From IMG/VR virus record IMGVR_UViG_3300028546_000001: 36,777 bases of DNA; one strand, written 5' to 3'. Below the pieces are notes generated by a model. That model saw nothing but the letters and a program-made list of their open reading frames with translations, was not told the DNA's origin and did not search any database. Within the stretch, counting starts at the first letter, position 1; each line of letters begins with the position of its first letter. Of this stretch, positions 11,191 to 23,023 are shown one piece after another. The stretch is from a virus. Both the position numbers and the translations under genes were made by a program.

Positions 11191-11197
11191 CTAACAC

Positions 11198-13232
11198 ATG
11201 CCTTTTGAGTCACTGACAGCAGTCCTCGACCTCGATAGCTCCGGCTTTTGAGTCGGGTATCCAGGACGCCGAGGGGAGCATGGGGTCGCTCAAGACCGAG
11301 CGGCAAGCACCGGCAAGTCCATGCAACGAGCTGGCGGCGCGATGACTGCCGGGTCACGGCCCGCTGGCGGCCATGGGTGCGATGTCGGTCAGACTCGCCG
11401 GCAACTTCGACCAGGCCATGCAGCGCTCGATTGCGGTGATGGGCGACGTCGACGGTGCGATGAAAGGGCGGCTCGAAGCGACCGCTCGCGAGGTTGCCAA
11501 CACGACGACCCACTCAGCCCAGCAAGCCGCCGACTCGTACTACTTCCTCGCCAGCGCCGGCCTCGACGCCGCCGAGGCGATGGAAGCCATGCCGCAGGTC
11601 GCAGGCGTTCGCGGAGGCCGGCCAATTGAAAATGGCCGAGGCGACCGACGTCGCGACCAACGTGATGAGCGGCCTACGGGCGCGAGGCCGACGAAATGGC
11701 CTCGGTCACCGATACACTGACCGCGACTGTCGCGAACCACAACCAGACCATGCCGGGGATGGCCTCGGCGATGAGCACGGTCGCGCCGATCGCGTCGTCG
11801 CTCGGTATCAGCCTCGAAGAGACGTCGGCGGCCATCGGTCAGATGGGAGACGTCGGTATCAAGGCGAGCGGGCAGGGACGGCGCTACGGAACGTCTTCTC
11901 GCAGCTCTCAGACGAGTTCGACAGTAGCCACCGAACTCGAAGGGATGGGCGTGGCGACGCGAAACTCCTCGGGCGAGGTCGTCTCGATGACCCAACTCCT
12001 GTCAAACATGGAGTCGGCGGGCGTCGAGGCCGGCGACGCGGCGAAAATCTTCGGGACAGAAGCCGGCCCCGCCATGGCCGCGCTCATGCAGGAAGGTTCG
12101 GACGCTCTCGCTCAGAAACCCAACGAATCAGCGAAGCCGAGGGTGCGACGAAACAGATGGCGCAGACTCAGCGCGACACACTCAACGCCGAGATGCAGAT
12201 CGCCAAGAGCAACATCCAAGACGTCGGGATCGCCATCGGTGGCGACCTCATCCCGATGGTGTCGACGCTAACTGGCTACATCTCGACAGGGGCCGACCGG
12301 TTTCAGGACCTCAATGGCGACCAGCGCCGGGCGATCATCCTCCCTCGGCGGTGTCGCCGCAATCGGCCCTGTCCTGCTCGCCGGCGGGACACTGCTGACG
12401 ATGCTCCCGGCGATAGCGACTGGGTGGGGATGGCAACCGGTGCGGCGAGTGGCTTTGCAGCCTCGCTCACTGGGGAGTTGTCCCCGCGGCACTGGCGGCC
12501 AACGTGGCTCTCGGACCGATTACCGTCCCCGTGTGGGCGATCATCGCGGCCATCGGGGCAGCCATCGCCATCGGCTACGGGCTCTACCGCGCGTGGACGA
12601 GCAACTTCTACGGAGTCCGAGACACGGTCACCGACGCACTGGGGACGGTCAAAGGCTGGCTCGATGCTGCACCGGGTGGATGCTACTCCTTCTCGGGCCG
12701 CTCGGTCAGCTGTACTACGCCTGGCGGAGAACCTCTTCGGGATCCAAGACATCGTCGGGTCGGTGTTCGATTGGATCGGCGACAAGATCGGCTGGCTGAT
12801 AGACAAAATCGAGTCGATCCCTGGGATTGGTGAGAAAATCGACGGCGAGGCGAACGTCGACAGCAACATGCCCGATGCGCCAGAAGAGCCCAGTCGCTCG
12901 CCAGTAACCGCCCGAGGCAATGCCGCCGCCGAATCAGACCTCCTCCCCGCCCTCGACATCGTCGCTCCGACCCCCGAAGAGGCAGCGTCTACAGCGATGT
13001 CGTCGACGTCGTGGGCGCCGTCGGCCGACCTCGTCGCCGGCGCGAGTACCTCTGCGAGCCCCAGCGCTGGCAGTGCCGGGATGAGCACCCAGGAGTTCAA
13101 GACCGCGCTTCGGGAGGTCCTTGAAGGGCTTCGGTTGGAGACGCGACTCGAAACCGACCAGCGGGGCTCGAACAGTGGATCGAAGACATCGCCGACGCCC
13201 AGATCGCTGAGGCAGGAGGTGCGCGGCCGTGA
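11198..13232 (+). CDS. tail tape measure protein (TP901-like core)
   Basis: MPFESLTAVLDLDSSGFESGI..., NFDQAMQRSIAVMG, AADSYYFLASAGLDA, GIKASGQGTALRN, IGGDLIP, later hydrophobic/Trp-periodic segments; ends IAEAGGARP*. Confidence 0.93.
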
Positions 13233-13234
13233 CC

Positions 13235-14432
13235 ATGCACATCTACGCCATTGACTTGCCAGACCGAACCGTCGAGATCGCCCCGCGCTCGGGTGGTCAC
13301 GAGACAGCGACCGCGGCCGTCCTCGATGAGGGGAACCTACGTCGAGTCCACCGGGGTGAGCGCGCAGTCGGTCGACGTCGACGTCCAGTTTGACGGCGAC
13401 CGGCGCGCCACGTGGCAGGCGGACGCGCTCGAGACGCTCGGGAACAACCCGCGATCGGCGTGCTCCCGCTCGGCGGCAGCACCCACGCCGGCGTCGACGG
13501 CTACTACGTCGCCAGTTCGACACGCCGCGACCCACGACTCGCCGAGCCTTCTGGAGCAGACCTTACAGCGAGTGACGCCATCGAATCGGTGACGCTCACC
13601 CTCGAACGAGCCGGGACGCGCAAGCGGCGTACGTCCTCGCCGTGGAGACTTCTCCGAGCCAGCCCGACCCCGGCCACCCGTTCGGCAACGACACCGACGC
13701 GATCGTCGGCATCCCCGCCGACGCTCGGCGCGTCCGGATCGTCGACTCGACGAGCTCGCCCACACAGCGCGAGCGTCCTGTGTCTGTGGAGACTGTCGAG
13801 GCCGAACACGGCGCCATCGATCTGTTCGACGCGACAGCCGAGGGCGATCGACGACCCGGTCTACCTGTACGACCTCGATTACTCGCTCCAGGGCGACGTT
13901 GACCCTCGGCGTGTGGGGGACGTACGGGCAGGCCGACCCGGTCGACGGGACGGCGTCGTCGCGTGGGGCGCGTGTTCGACACGGCACACGACTTCACCGG
14001 AAGCGTTGTAGTCGAAGACGGCTTGATGCGGATGATTGTGGACGAGCCGACCAACGCCGACGAGACGGCCACCCTCGACGTCGAGGCGTACGACGCCGGC
14101 GCCGACGCCTGGACCACGGTCGATCTCCCGGCGTACCCCGGCACGCTCGATACGGACTGGCAGCCGGTCGACGTCGATCTCGTGCACATCGGACAGGCAT
14201 CCGTGCGAGCGCAGGTGGAGTTCAAGCGGTGGCCGGTGTCGAGGAGGGCGACGTCTACGCGCTCGACGTCGAGCTGGAGCGCAGGCGTCAGAGTTGGGGT
14301 GTGGATCCCCGATCGGTGTGAGGGATGCGATCCCGGCGGACCTGCAGGCGCTCCTGGAGCCGATCGCCTCGACGAGCGTCGTGGACAGTGGCGTAGAGCA
14401 GCGGCTTGTGGGCGCGGAGGGTGAGGTTGTAA
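13235..14432 (+). CDS. tail-tip protein downstream of TMP (distal tail/Dit-like, putative)
   Basis: About 400-aa acidic beta-rich ORF across frames; function assigned from position only. Confidence 0.55.
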
Positions 14433-14434
14433 CT

Positions 14435-15711
14435 ATGGTACTCAACATCGACATCGGCGACGGAGCAGACGCGCTGGCACAGAATCAGTACATCGAGGCG
14501 CTCGAGGGACCTACTGGATAGACGGCTGGGACGCGACGCTCGGGGCGGGCGACCTTGAGGTGGACATCGCCGCCGGAAGTGGGACAATCAACGGCGGTAA
14601 TGTGTCTACAGGCGCGACACAGACTGTGGACTTCACAAGCGACGTGGATGGCACGGAGCCGCGTAAAGGCCGTGATCAGCGTGGACGAGACGGGCATGGT
14701 GCAGAAGACGATCGGCGAGACGACCCCGCCGAAGCCGGTGGGTGAGTTGCGGGCTTTCGGACCTACGATCCCGCGCCGCCGCCGGCCGCGCCAGGCGTCG
14801 TGGTCGCGGAGGTGTGGCTCGACGCGGGTGTGGCGAGTTTGGAGAGCAGCGACGTGCGAGACCGGCGAGTGACGAATCAGGCTGCACAATCAGCAACGTC
14901 TATCCCATTTACAAAAACAGTCCGCGCAGAGACGTTCGAGGAGCCGGACCTGACTCTCACGCATACAGATACCGAGGTAGCTAGCGAAAGCGTGCAGATA
15001 AAAGTAGGACTATTTAACGGCTCTACTGCGGACCCGACAGATCCGGACGAATATACCGGCAGTAAGACCTCCCCAGCGGTCTGGTTATAACCCCCAACCG
15101 AACGCTATCGGGTGTAGAGACACAGGTAAACGCAATGGTCTCAGGAGTAACCACTCTTCGCCTAGTGTCTGACTCGGATGGATCGCTCATCGCGTCAAAG
15201 TCAATCAGCGGTAGTGGAACATACTCAATCACAGCTGACACGCCGCTCGAACCCGGTGCTCGGTACAGGGTGCTAGTGGACGCTGATGGAGCCACATATA
15301 CTGACGCACTCGGTAACTTTGATACTGCATCGGCATCATCGAGCGATGTAGACATTGTTAGTGGGTTTAGATCTCGATTCGGTGACTTCTCGGACAGTCT
15401 GTCTAAACTACGTCACCGCATTGTATCCATTCCCGTCGGGAACGGCATACATTGAACGCCCTACCCGCCGGGCGTGCATAGTTGGGATGCGGCCACATTC
15501 CAAGCCACTCCTGACGGCGAGACAGTCGAGGTCTTCGTCGAAGAGTCGACCGACGGCGGAACGACGTGGGATGAGATCAGGTCCAATCAGCCGGGGTGAC
15601 CAGATAGACGCTCCTCCGAGTGCAGCCGTTCGATTCCGCGTCGAACTCAGCCGCGAGGATACCTCCAATAACCCGACACTTGACAGAATTTATCTCCGTT
15701 ATGAGGTCTAA
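14435..15711 (+). CDS. minor tail / fibre-like protein with a variable low-GC C-terminal part
   Basis: MVLNIDIGDGADALAQNQ..., conserved-looking N-terminus (DLEVDIAAGSGTING); Ser/Thr-rich middle; ends VRFRVELSREDTSNNPTLDRIYLRYEV*. It may be two genes split near 15090-15135. Confidence 0.55.
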
Positions 15712-15717
15712 CTGAGG

Positions 15718-18700
15718 ATGCCTGGATTCGCATACGGTGGCGAACACGGTGCAACCTATGGCGGAGACAACGGCAGTGTCTACTCCACGCCGCTCCCGCG
15801 CCAGGTTAAAACCTCGTCGTCGCCGCGACCCGCGCGAGCGAAGCCGATCTCACATGGAGCGCAGCCGGGGCGCGACCGAGTACGTCGTCTATCAGGCCGA
15901 ATCGTCCGGTACGACCACAGAAGACTACACCGAAGTCGCAACCACGACCAACACAAACGCGACAGTCACTGGGCTTGAAAATGGCGAGCAGTACTACTTC
16001 CGCGTCGCTGGTCGAAACAACGTGGGCGAGGGCCCGCTCTCCACCGAGGTAGACGCGACGGCGGACCTTCCGCCGACTGAGATAACGGCCATGGGCGGCA
16101 CGACGGTCCGCGAGCTCACGCTCACGCTGGACCCGCAGGACAACTCCACGGACGGCGGATCGACATCTATCGGTCGACAGATGGCACACTCGGCACCACG
16201 GTCGCCACGGGGCTCGCGCCAGGCACCACGTCGTACACGGACACGGGCTTAGACGACGGACGGGAATACTTCTACACCGTCCGCCGCGTCACGGACCACG
16301 CGCAAACAGACGGCACGCGAGTCGCAGCGACGACGATTCTCCCGACGAAGACGCACCGGTACTCGGCAACGGCGTCGAAGACGAGGTCGCCGTCGATCGC
16401 GAGAGCGCCCCCACCAACTACGGCTCGGTTCGAATCCAGATCCGCGAGACCGGACAGAGCTCGTGGGACGCCTCGGCCACGGGCTTCGGCGAGTTCGTTG
16501 GTGCATTCGACACGCTGTCGATGGAGTTCGTGGGCGGAAGCGATGGCGAGGAGTACGAGGCCCGCGCCCGCACGGAAACCCGAACACCACCGGCGCGTGG
16601 ACCGACCCCGTCGCGATCACGACGAAGTTCCCCGGGGTAACCGACGTGACCGTAACCGCAATCTCGAGACTGAAGTCGAGCTCGCATGGACGACAACGCC
16701 GACAACGAGGACGGCCAGTACATCGTTCGCGAGCGCCGTGGCCCGGACGGCAGCTGGTGGTTCGAGCAAATCGTCGGTGATGCCGGCCCGAACACCGAGG
16801 CCTACACCGACGACACGCCGGCACCAGACACCGAGTTCCGCTACCGAGTTCGACCGTACACCGAGCACACGAGCGCGGACTCGAACACAGACCAAGCAAC
16901 GACCGACGATCTCGGCTACCCCGCATCCGCGTGCCCGTTTCAGGCCCGTTCGTCCAGATCGACCACCCGGACGGTGACACCCTCTCTCCGACCGTCACCG
17001 ACTACGACTGGTCACCGAACGTCAACGAACGGCCGTCGGTCGAGATCACGGTGCCCGAGTCCGACCGCTGGGACGAGCTGACGGGCCAACCGATGCGCGT
17101 GTGGATCGACGGGACGCAACTCCCGATCGACACGCTGGCGGGCACGCGCACGACCACGGGCGACCGCGGCTCACAGACCGTCCTCGAAGGCTCGGGCGGT
17201 ACACAACTCGACGACTATATCGACGACATCCAGTTCGGCGAGCGGGAGAACCACCTCGCTGCCGAGGACCTCATCACCGAGAGAACACTGACTACGCCGC
17301 GAACGTCGACGACCCGCCACGGACACGCGCTCGGACGTGCTCCTGCTCGGCGTCAGGTGCGTCGCTCGAAGACGACTTACTCGACCCGCTGGAAGCCACC
17401 GACCCGCTCCAGATCGAGCAGGTCGACGGCATCTCACGACTCAAACAGGCTGGTTCTTCGAGGCCGAAAGCGCTGACGAGAGCAACGTCGCGACGTACTT
17501 CGCCGACAACGAGGGCAACGGCGGCGCGTGGTCGGGCAACCGCGCCGTCCGACTCGACAGCCCTGGCGACTACATCGAATTCGACTTTCGTAATAATGAC
17601 CCACCATCCCGCAGGGCGAAGCGGAGTTCGAGATGCTCCGAGCAGCGATCGGCGGCAACAACCCGGCGTTCGACGTCTCGTTCAACGGCGACGTCGTCGA
17701 GTCGATCCGGCGGACGCCCTCGCGAACGCGACCGACGAGTTCGACCTCTCGTGGGGCGTCGGATTCACACTCAACCCCGACGCCGATCTCGAACCAGGGT
17801 TCCACTCGGTGCGGTGGAGGTGACGCAGTCGGGTTCGGACTACATGACTGTCGATGCGGCCCACGCACGGGATAATCGTGACAGCTTCACGTTCGACGAT
17901 GAGCCCGTCGACGGCGTTATCAGGGGCCCGAAGAGTACCCCGGCACCGTCGACATCGTGCTCGACGACATCACGAGCGTCGAGCAGGTAATCGCCGGCGA
18001 GCTCTCGGTCGCGATGTCCAACACCGAGGGCGGACAGGCGGTCGCCATCTCGAACGACCAGGGCGAGACGTGGATCGAAGCGACGAATAGCGAGACCGTG
18101 TCGGGCGCATTCGCGAGTGCGACCCAGCAGATCCGTGCGCGTGTGTCGCTGTCAGGCTACAGTGCGGACCCGACGACATCGCCGGCGCAGGGCGACGCCG
18201 GCCAGTCCGTCGACGGATCGGATTGCGGGCCGACCTCGAAGACACACCCGTCCTCCTGGACAAGCAGTACCGCGACCGGCTCTCGAACGTCCTCTCAAAG
18301 ATCGCGGACAACGGCCGGATGGGTGGGAGCTCCGCCGCGATCCCGACGCCGACCCGCTCGACGAGACTGGGATGATCGTCGAGTGGACACAGATCGGCCA
18401 GCGGACACGCGAGTCGGCGGCGCCGGCAACGAACCTCGAGACGCGAACGACGATCGAGGACGCCTACGAGCGCGTGGTCGTCTTCGGGCGGAGCAAGGGG
18501 TTGAAGGTGAGACGTTCTCACATTCTGCCGGGAGTTTGCTCACGTCGATCGGCGACGAGTGGGTGGTGCCTGACTCCGAGCGCATCTACGACCCGGACAC
18601 TGAGGAGGTGTTCGCTCGCGGCACGGACTACCGGATGGGTGGGATGTCGGCGGTCTCGACATCCTCGACGGGGCGACATGTCGACAGGGACGACGTACGC

Positions 18701-19074
18701 CGCCGACTACGAGTTCAAGCACCGCGGCGAGGCGACGACACCCACCGTCGATCCCGCGGAAGCACGGACGGTCGAGCGCACGATCGCGGGAGCGACCTCT
18801 GACCGCGAGTGCAACCAGCTGGCGCTGAGCATTCTCAAGGACGTCCAAGACGCGCAAGTTGAGGCGACGATCACGCTCGTCGAGCCCGCGCCGGACGTGC
18901 CGCTCGTCGAGGCGATCTCGCATCCGCGGCTTCCGGAGGGTGCCCAAAGAGATCCGCGGCGTGGAGCGGTCGTCGACGAGCGAGCGCGAGTATCGACTGG
19001 CGAATCGACCCTCTGCCGATGAGACGATCGACGCCATCCGTGAGGACATACAGTCGCTCTCGGACGTAGTGTAG
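15718..19074 (+). CDS. large tail-tip protein: N-terminal fibronectin type III repeats fused to a hub/central-fibre-like region
   Basis: FN3 signatures LTWSA..GATEYVVY...VTGLENGEQYYFRVAGRNNVGEGPLS, YTDTGLDDGREYFYTV, ELAWTDNADNEDG...YTDDTPAPDTEFRYRVRPY; coding continues to 19074. It could be two genes. Confidence 0.7.
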
Positions 19075-19190
19075 GCGTCGCGAAGCGTCTCTAAACAAGT
19101 ACTGCGAACAGCAGGTGGCAGACCGCGATGATCGTCTGGGAATGGCCGCCCAGGCGAGCGACAACGGGCCATCCGATGGAGGTTTTACTT

Positions 19191-19729
19191 ATGGCGAAAA
19201 TCGAGAGAAAAAAGGAGACACGATCACGGTCGGTGAGACATTCGAGCGCCCCGGCGGTCGGTCGCAGGCGCTTGATCTCTCAGACGCACAGTCAGTAAAA
19301 TATACGTCGACCACCCAAGCAGCGGCGATCCGTGGTCAACGACACGGCCGAGATCACGGACGCCGCAAACGGGATGGTTGAGTACACGCTGGGCGGCACG
19401 CAAACCGCGCGCCAAGGAAAACATCGCCTTGAGTTCGTCGCGGAGTTCGCCGGGCGGGGAGACCTTCAGCTACCCCCCCAGACAGGCTTTATCTCGCTGA
19501 AGGTGACCGACCCTGCGCCCCGCGAGTTGCCGATCGAGGAGTTGGCCGATGGCGACGCCAGCGTGACGGGGTTGGCCGCCGACGCGATCCGAGTTTCAAC
19601 ACCGCCTCGGCGGTGGATGTCATGGACGCGCTCGATCTCAACAACAACCCGATCACCAGCCTGCCGGTTCCTCCAACCCCGCCGACGCCGCGCGAAAAGA
19701 CGGTCTCGACACAGTTGCGTCTGATCTAT
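19191..19729 (+). CDS. BppU-N-like tail fibre/baseplate protein, 5' part (interrupted by IS)
   Basis: GGAGG RBS; MAKIERKKGDT...LDLSDAQSVKI...AEITDAANGMVEYTL..QTARQGKHRLEFVAEF..GETFSYP..GFISLKV; fibre motif NPADAARK. Confidence 0.75.
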
Positions 19730-21175
19730 CTTTTCACACAGGAGAGAATCCCGCCGTTTACGGCGGGCGTGAATCCGACACTTGCTGACCAGTCCACCGA
19801 TGACACTCTGGCCGGATATTCCACGGTAATCGACATTATTAAGTAACTGGTTCTACATAGGCTATGTATGGCGAATCTCACCGTCACGCGCACCTACGTT
19901 GGTTCTATCCAGAACCATCGGCAGGTGTCTGATGGTCTGGATTCGCTCGGGGATTCCGCCTCGAAAATCTGGAACGTCGCACGTTGGACAGCCGGCCGAA
20001 TCTGGGATGTAACCGGAGAAATCCCCTGACGAGGGCGTTCTGAAATCGTGTATGAAGAACCGGTCGTGCTGGAAAGACTTGAACGCGCAATCCAGTCAGA
20101 AAGTCATCGAAGAACTTTCTGACGCTTTCCAGTCGTGGTTCGACCTGCGACACAAGTTTGACAGGCGAATCCACCCGGCTACCGCAAACACGGCGACACC
20201 CGACCCGCGTTCCACGGTGACATTCAAAGACGGGTTCAAACACGACCCCGAGAACAACCGCGTCCGGCTCTCTCGAAAGGCTCGAACCTGAAAGAATACT
20301 GGTCGGACTTCCTGCTCTGAGTACCAGACGCCCTGACATTGACCTCTCTGAAGTCAACCGAGTGCAGAACGTTCGCGCCGTCTGGAACGGCGACGAGGTG
20401 GGAACTTCACTTCGTCTGCAAAGTCGAACTCGAAACGAACGACTCCGCAGGCGACGAAGTGGCGGGGATTGACCTTGGCATCAAGAACATCGCCACGGTC
20501 GCGTTCCCGACGAATACGTTCTCTACCCGGTAACTCGCTCAAAGAAGACAAGCACTACTTCAAACGAGCCGAGTACGACACCGAAGGTGAACGGCCCCTC
20601 GGAGAAGTCGATGTGGGCACGTCGGAAACTCGCAGACCGTGAGACGCACTTCTACCACGTCCTCACGGACACCATAATTACGGGTGTGTCGAACGCGGTG
20701 TTGGAACGCTCGCAGTGAGTTGGCCTGAAAGAGGTGCGAGAGTCCGACTGGGGCAAGACCGGCAACAAGAAGTTACACTCGTGGGCGTTCGACCGCATCT
20801 ACCAGTACCTCGCGTACAAAGGCGAGATTCGTGGTGTCGAGGTACTGAAGGAGAACGAGTGGAACACCTCGAAGACGTGTTCAGCGTGTGGTGACACCAC
20901 GAAGTCGAACCGTGTCGAACGTGGTCTGTACGTTTGTTCGTCGTGTGGGTTGGTCGGGAACGCGGATTGCAACGGGGCGGAGAATATGCGTCGAAGATAA
21001 CTCCGAGTCCTCACGGCGAGGATAGGAGTAACGGCTGTGTGGCACAGCCATCGACATACTTGTTCGACCGCGAGAGCGGGACGTTTCACACGAGAGAACA
21101 AGCCGTGTCGTAGACCAGCAAATATCCCACCTGCGGTACGGGAAGCCCCGGCGTTCACGCCGGGGAGGATGTCAC
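19730..21175 (+). mobile_element. IS200/IS605-family element, IS1341-type (tnpB only, no tnpA)
   Basis: Left-end hairpin CCCGCCG-TTTA-CGGCGGG (19750-19767) with guide AGAA (19745-48) matching target CTAT (19726-29); right-end hairpin CCCCGGCG-TTCA-CGCCGGGG (21146-65) with guide GAAG and terminal TCAC (21172-75). Confidence 0.92.
19868..21113 (+). CDS. tnpB: TnpB (RNA-guided endonuclease family)
   Basis: N-terminal WNVAR/AQSSQKVIEELSDAFQSWF, RuvC-I AGIDLGIKN, zinc finger TSKTCSACG...YVCSSCG, RuvC-III NADCNGAENMR. Confidence 0.95.
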
Positions 21176-22315
21176 CGTCGGTCGAATCTGACCTAACATC
21201 ACAAGTAACCCGCTTCGACGAACTGGCGATTGATCGCGGCCCGATCTCGGCGCGGCCGACCAGCGGGGACTACGACGACCAGATGTTCCTCGCGGTGGAT
21301 CAACGCATCCTGTGGCGGTGGGATGGGATCATCCGACTGGAACGCCGCGGGCGGCCTCGGTGTGTCGTCGCAGCGCCTACCGGCAACGTCCTACCTCGAC
21401 GCCGTCGACGTCAGCACGCTGGCGGCGGGGACGTCAACCTGTCCGGCACGCTCCTCCTCGGGGATGCAGCCGACGTCGCCGGCAACCCACTACAGAACGT
21501 CGATACGGTCACCGCCTCGGGGACCGCGATCTCGGTCGACTCACCTGTCGCCGGCCAGAGCCCCAGACTGAGACGCACCTCACGACCAAGGGGTATGTCG
21601 ACAGCGTCGCCTGGGGGGCCGACTGGCAGGAGAGCGTCCTCGAACGACGCAACGACCCACCGGCCGCCAAGCGACGGAGATCGTTATCTCGTTGACGACG
21701 CGCCGACTGGCGACTGGTCGGCCAACGCGCGGATGAGATCGCGGAGTGGGATGCCGACGCCGCAGCGTGGGTGTTCTATGACCCTAACGAGGGTTGGGCG
21801 GTGTTCATTGAGAGCCTCAACGTCCTGGAGACGTTCGTCGACGGTGCTTGGGTCGACTTTGGCTCCGCCATCGATCACGGCGCACTCACCGGGACGGGAG
21901 ACGACGACCACCTGCAGTACCTCCACGTCGACGGGCCGGCGGTCGCCTGACAGGATCCTCGATGCCGACGACAACGATCCGAAAACGTTGGGGCTGTCTC
22001 GAGACCGAGAACGTGGTCGCCGACGCGGGAGCATCGTACGATATCGATCTCTCGAATGGCGGCGTGCACAAGATCACACTGACGCAAGACTGCGACATCA
22101 CACTCTCAGGAATCGACGCAGCGGCCTCGAACTCGGCGACGCTGATCGTTGAGCAGGACAGGACGGGCGGCACTCGCTGACGTGGTCGACGGCCGTGCTG
22201 TGGCCTGGTGGCAACCGCCGAGTGTCTCCGACGGAGCTGGGGAGATCGACCGTCTCGCGTTCACGTACATTGATGGCGACTGGCTCGGGAGTGGGGCAGG
22301 GCAGGGTTCGCCTAA
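21176..22315 (+). CDS. tail fibre protein, 3' part (DUF2793-like domain plus C-terminal beta domain)
   Basis: TTKGYVDS, WQESVLERRNDPPAAPSDGDRYLVDDAPTGDWS...IAEW....W.FYDPNEGWAVF (DUF2793-like), IDHGALTG.GDDDH.QY, DIDLSNGGVHKITLTQD...TLIVEQD.TGG. Confidence 0.75.
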
Positions 22316-22972
22316 TGGTACTGAATGCGACACACAACGCGCAGTGCTGTCGTCAGGAATTGCTATACCCGTCCTTGGACTCTTGCATCAGTACGACTGG
22401 TCCGACGCCTCTACGACAACCTCAACTGTCCCCGACTTAGCAGGTGACGACGACCTTACTGGAGGGTTTACGGATCTCAATGCCACGATAAATGGCGTCC
22501 AAGCGGGGAATTTCGATGGGACCGCCGACTCTGTTTCAGGCGCGTTTTCGTCGTCGGTGGCCCAACCTGTCGAAATATTCTCGGTGGCGGAAACGTCCAA
22601 TAACGGTGATACGCAAATTATCACGACGGGGACGAACAACAACAGTATCACGGCGAAACGGTTTATAACGACTGATGTTGGCTACCAGCTTCACGCAGGC
22701 AACAATCTTAAAGGCGGGAGCCCCGCGTCGAACGACCCCGAACTGTTGACGACAAGGTTCGACGGGGAGTTCGCTTCGCGCGTTAACGGGTCTGAAGAGT
22801 TGTCTGGACCCGCGGGCACGAACGGTATGGACGGGTTGGTCGTTTCGTGACGACCTGCCCTGTTGATGGCGCAGTCGCCGAAGTGTTGGTCTACGACCCA
22901 ACTGTTTCGGACTATTCGCGGAGCGATGTTGAGCAGTATCTCGCAGATAAGTGGGGCATCACGCTCGCATAA
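22315..22972 (+). CDS. putative receptor-binding protein, LamG/concanavalin-like
   Basis: TAATG coupling; GNFDGTADSV, LLTTRFDG, RVNG, DGAVAEVLVYD...DVEQYLADKWGI is a typical LamG-like tail module; visibly lower GC. Confidence 0.65.
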
Positions 22973-23023
22973 CTTGGTGTGGCAGTCTATCAGATGACGC
23001 TTCAGAAACGGTATTACTGAAAT

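Noticed and set aside
9232-11198. Contractile (myovirus) tail
   Set aside because: No sheath-sized gene and no baseplate wedge (gpJ/gp25-like) genes were recognised.
19734-21175. TCAC on both sides of the IS read as a target-site duplication
   Set aside because: IS200/IS605 elements make no TSD. A boundary at 19737 gives an in-frame stop on excision, whereas CTAT/19729 satisfies the guide rule and restores the frame.
19191-22972. Diversity-generating retroelement or invertible fibre cassette
   Set aside because: No reverse transcriptase, TR/VR pair, invertase or inverted fibre copies were seen.
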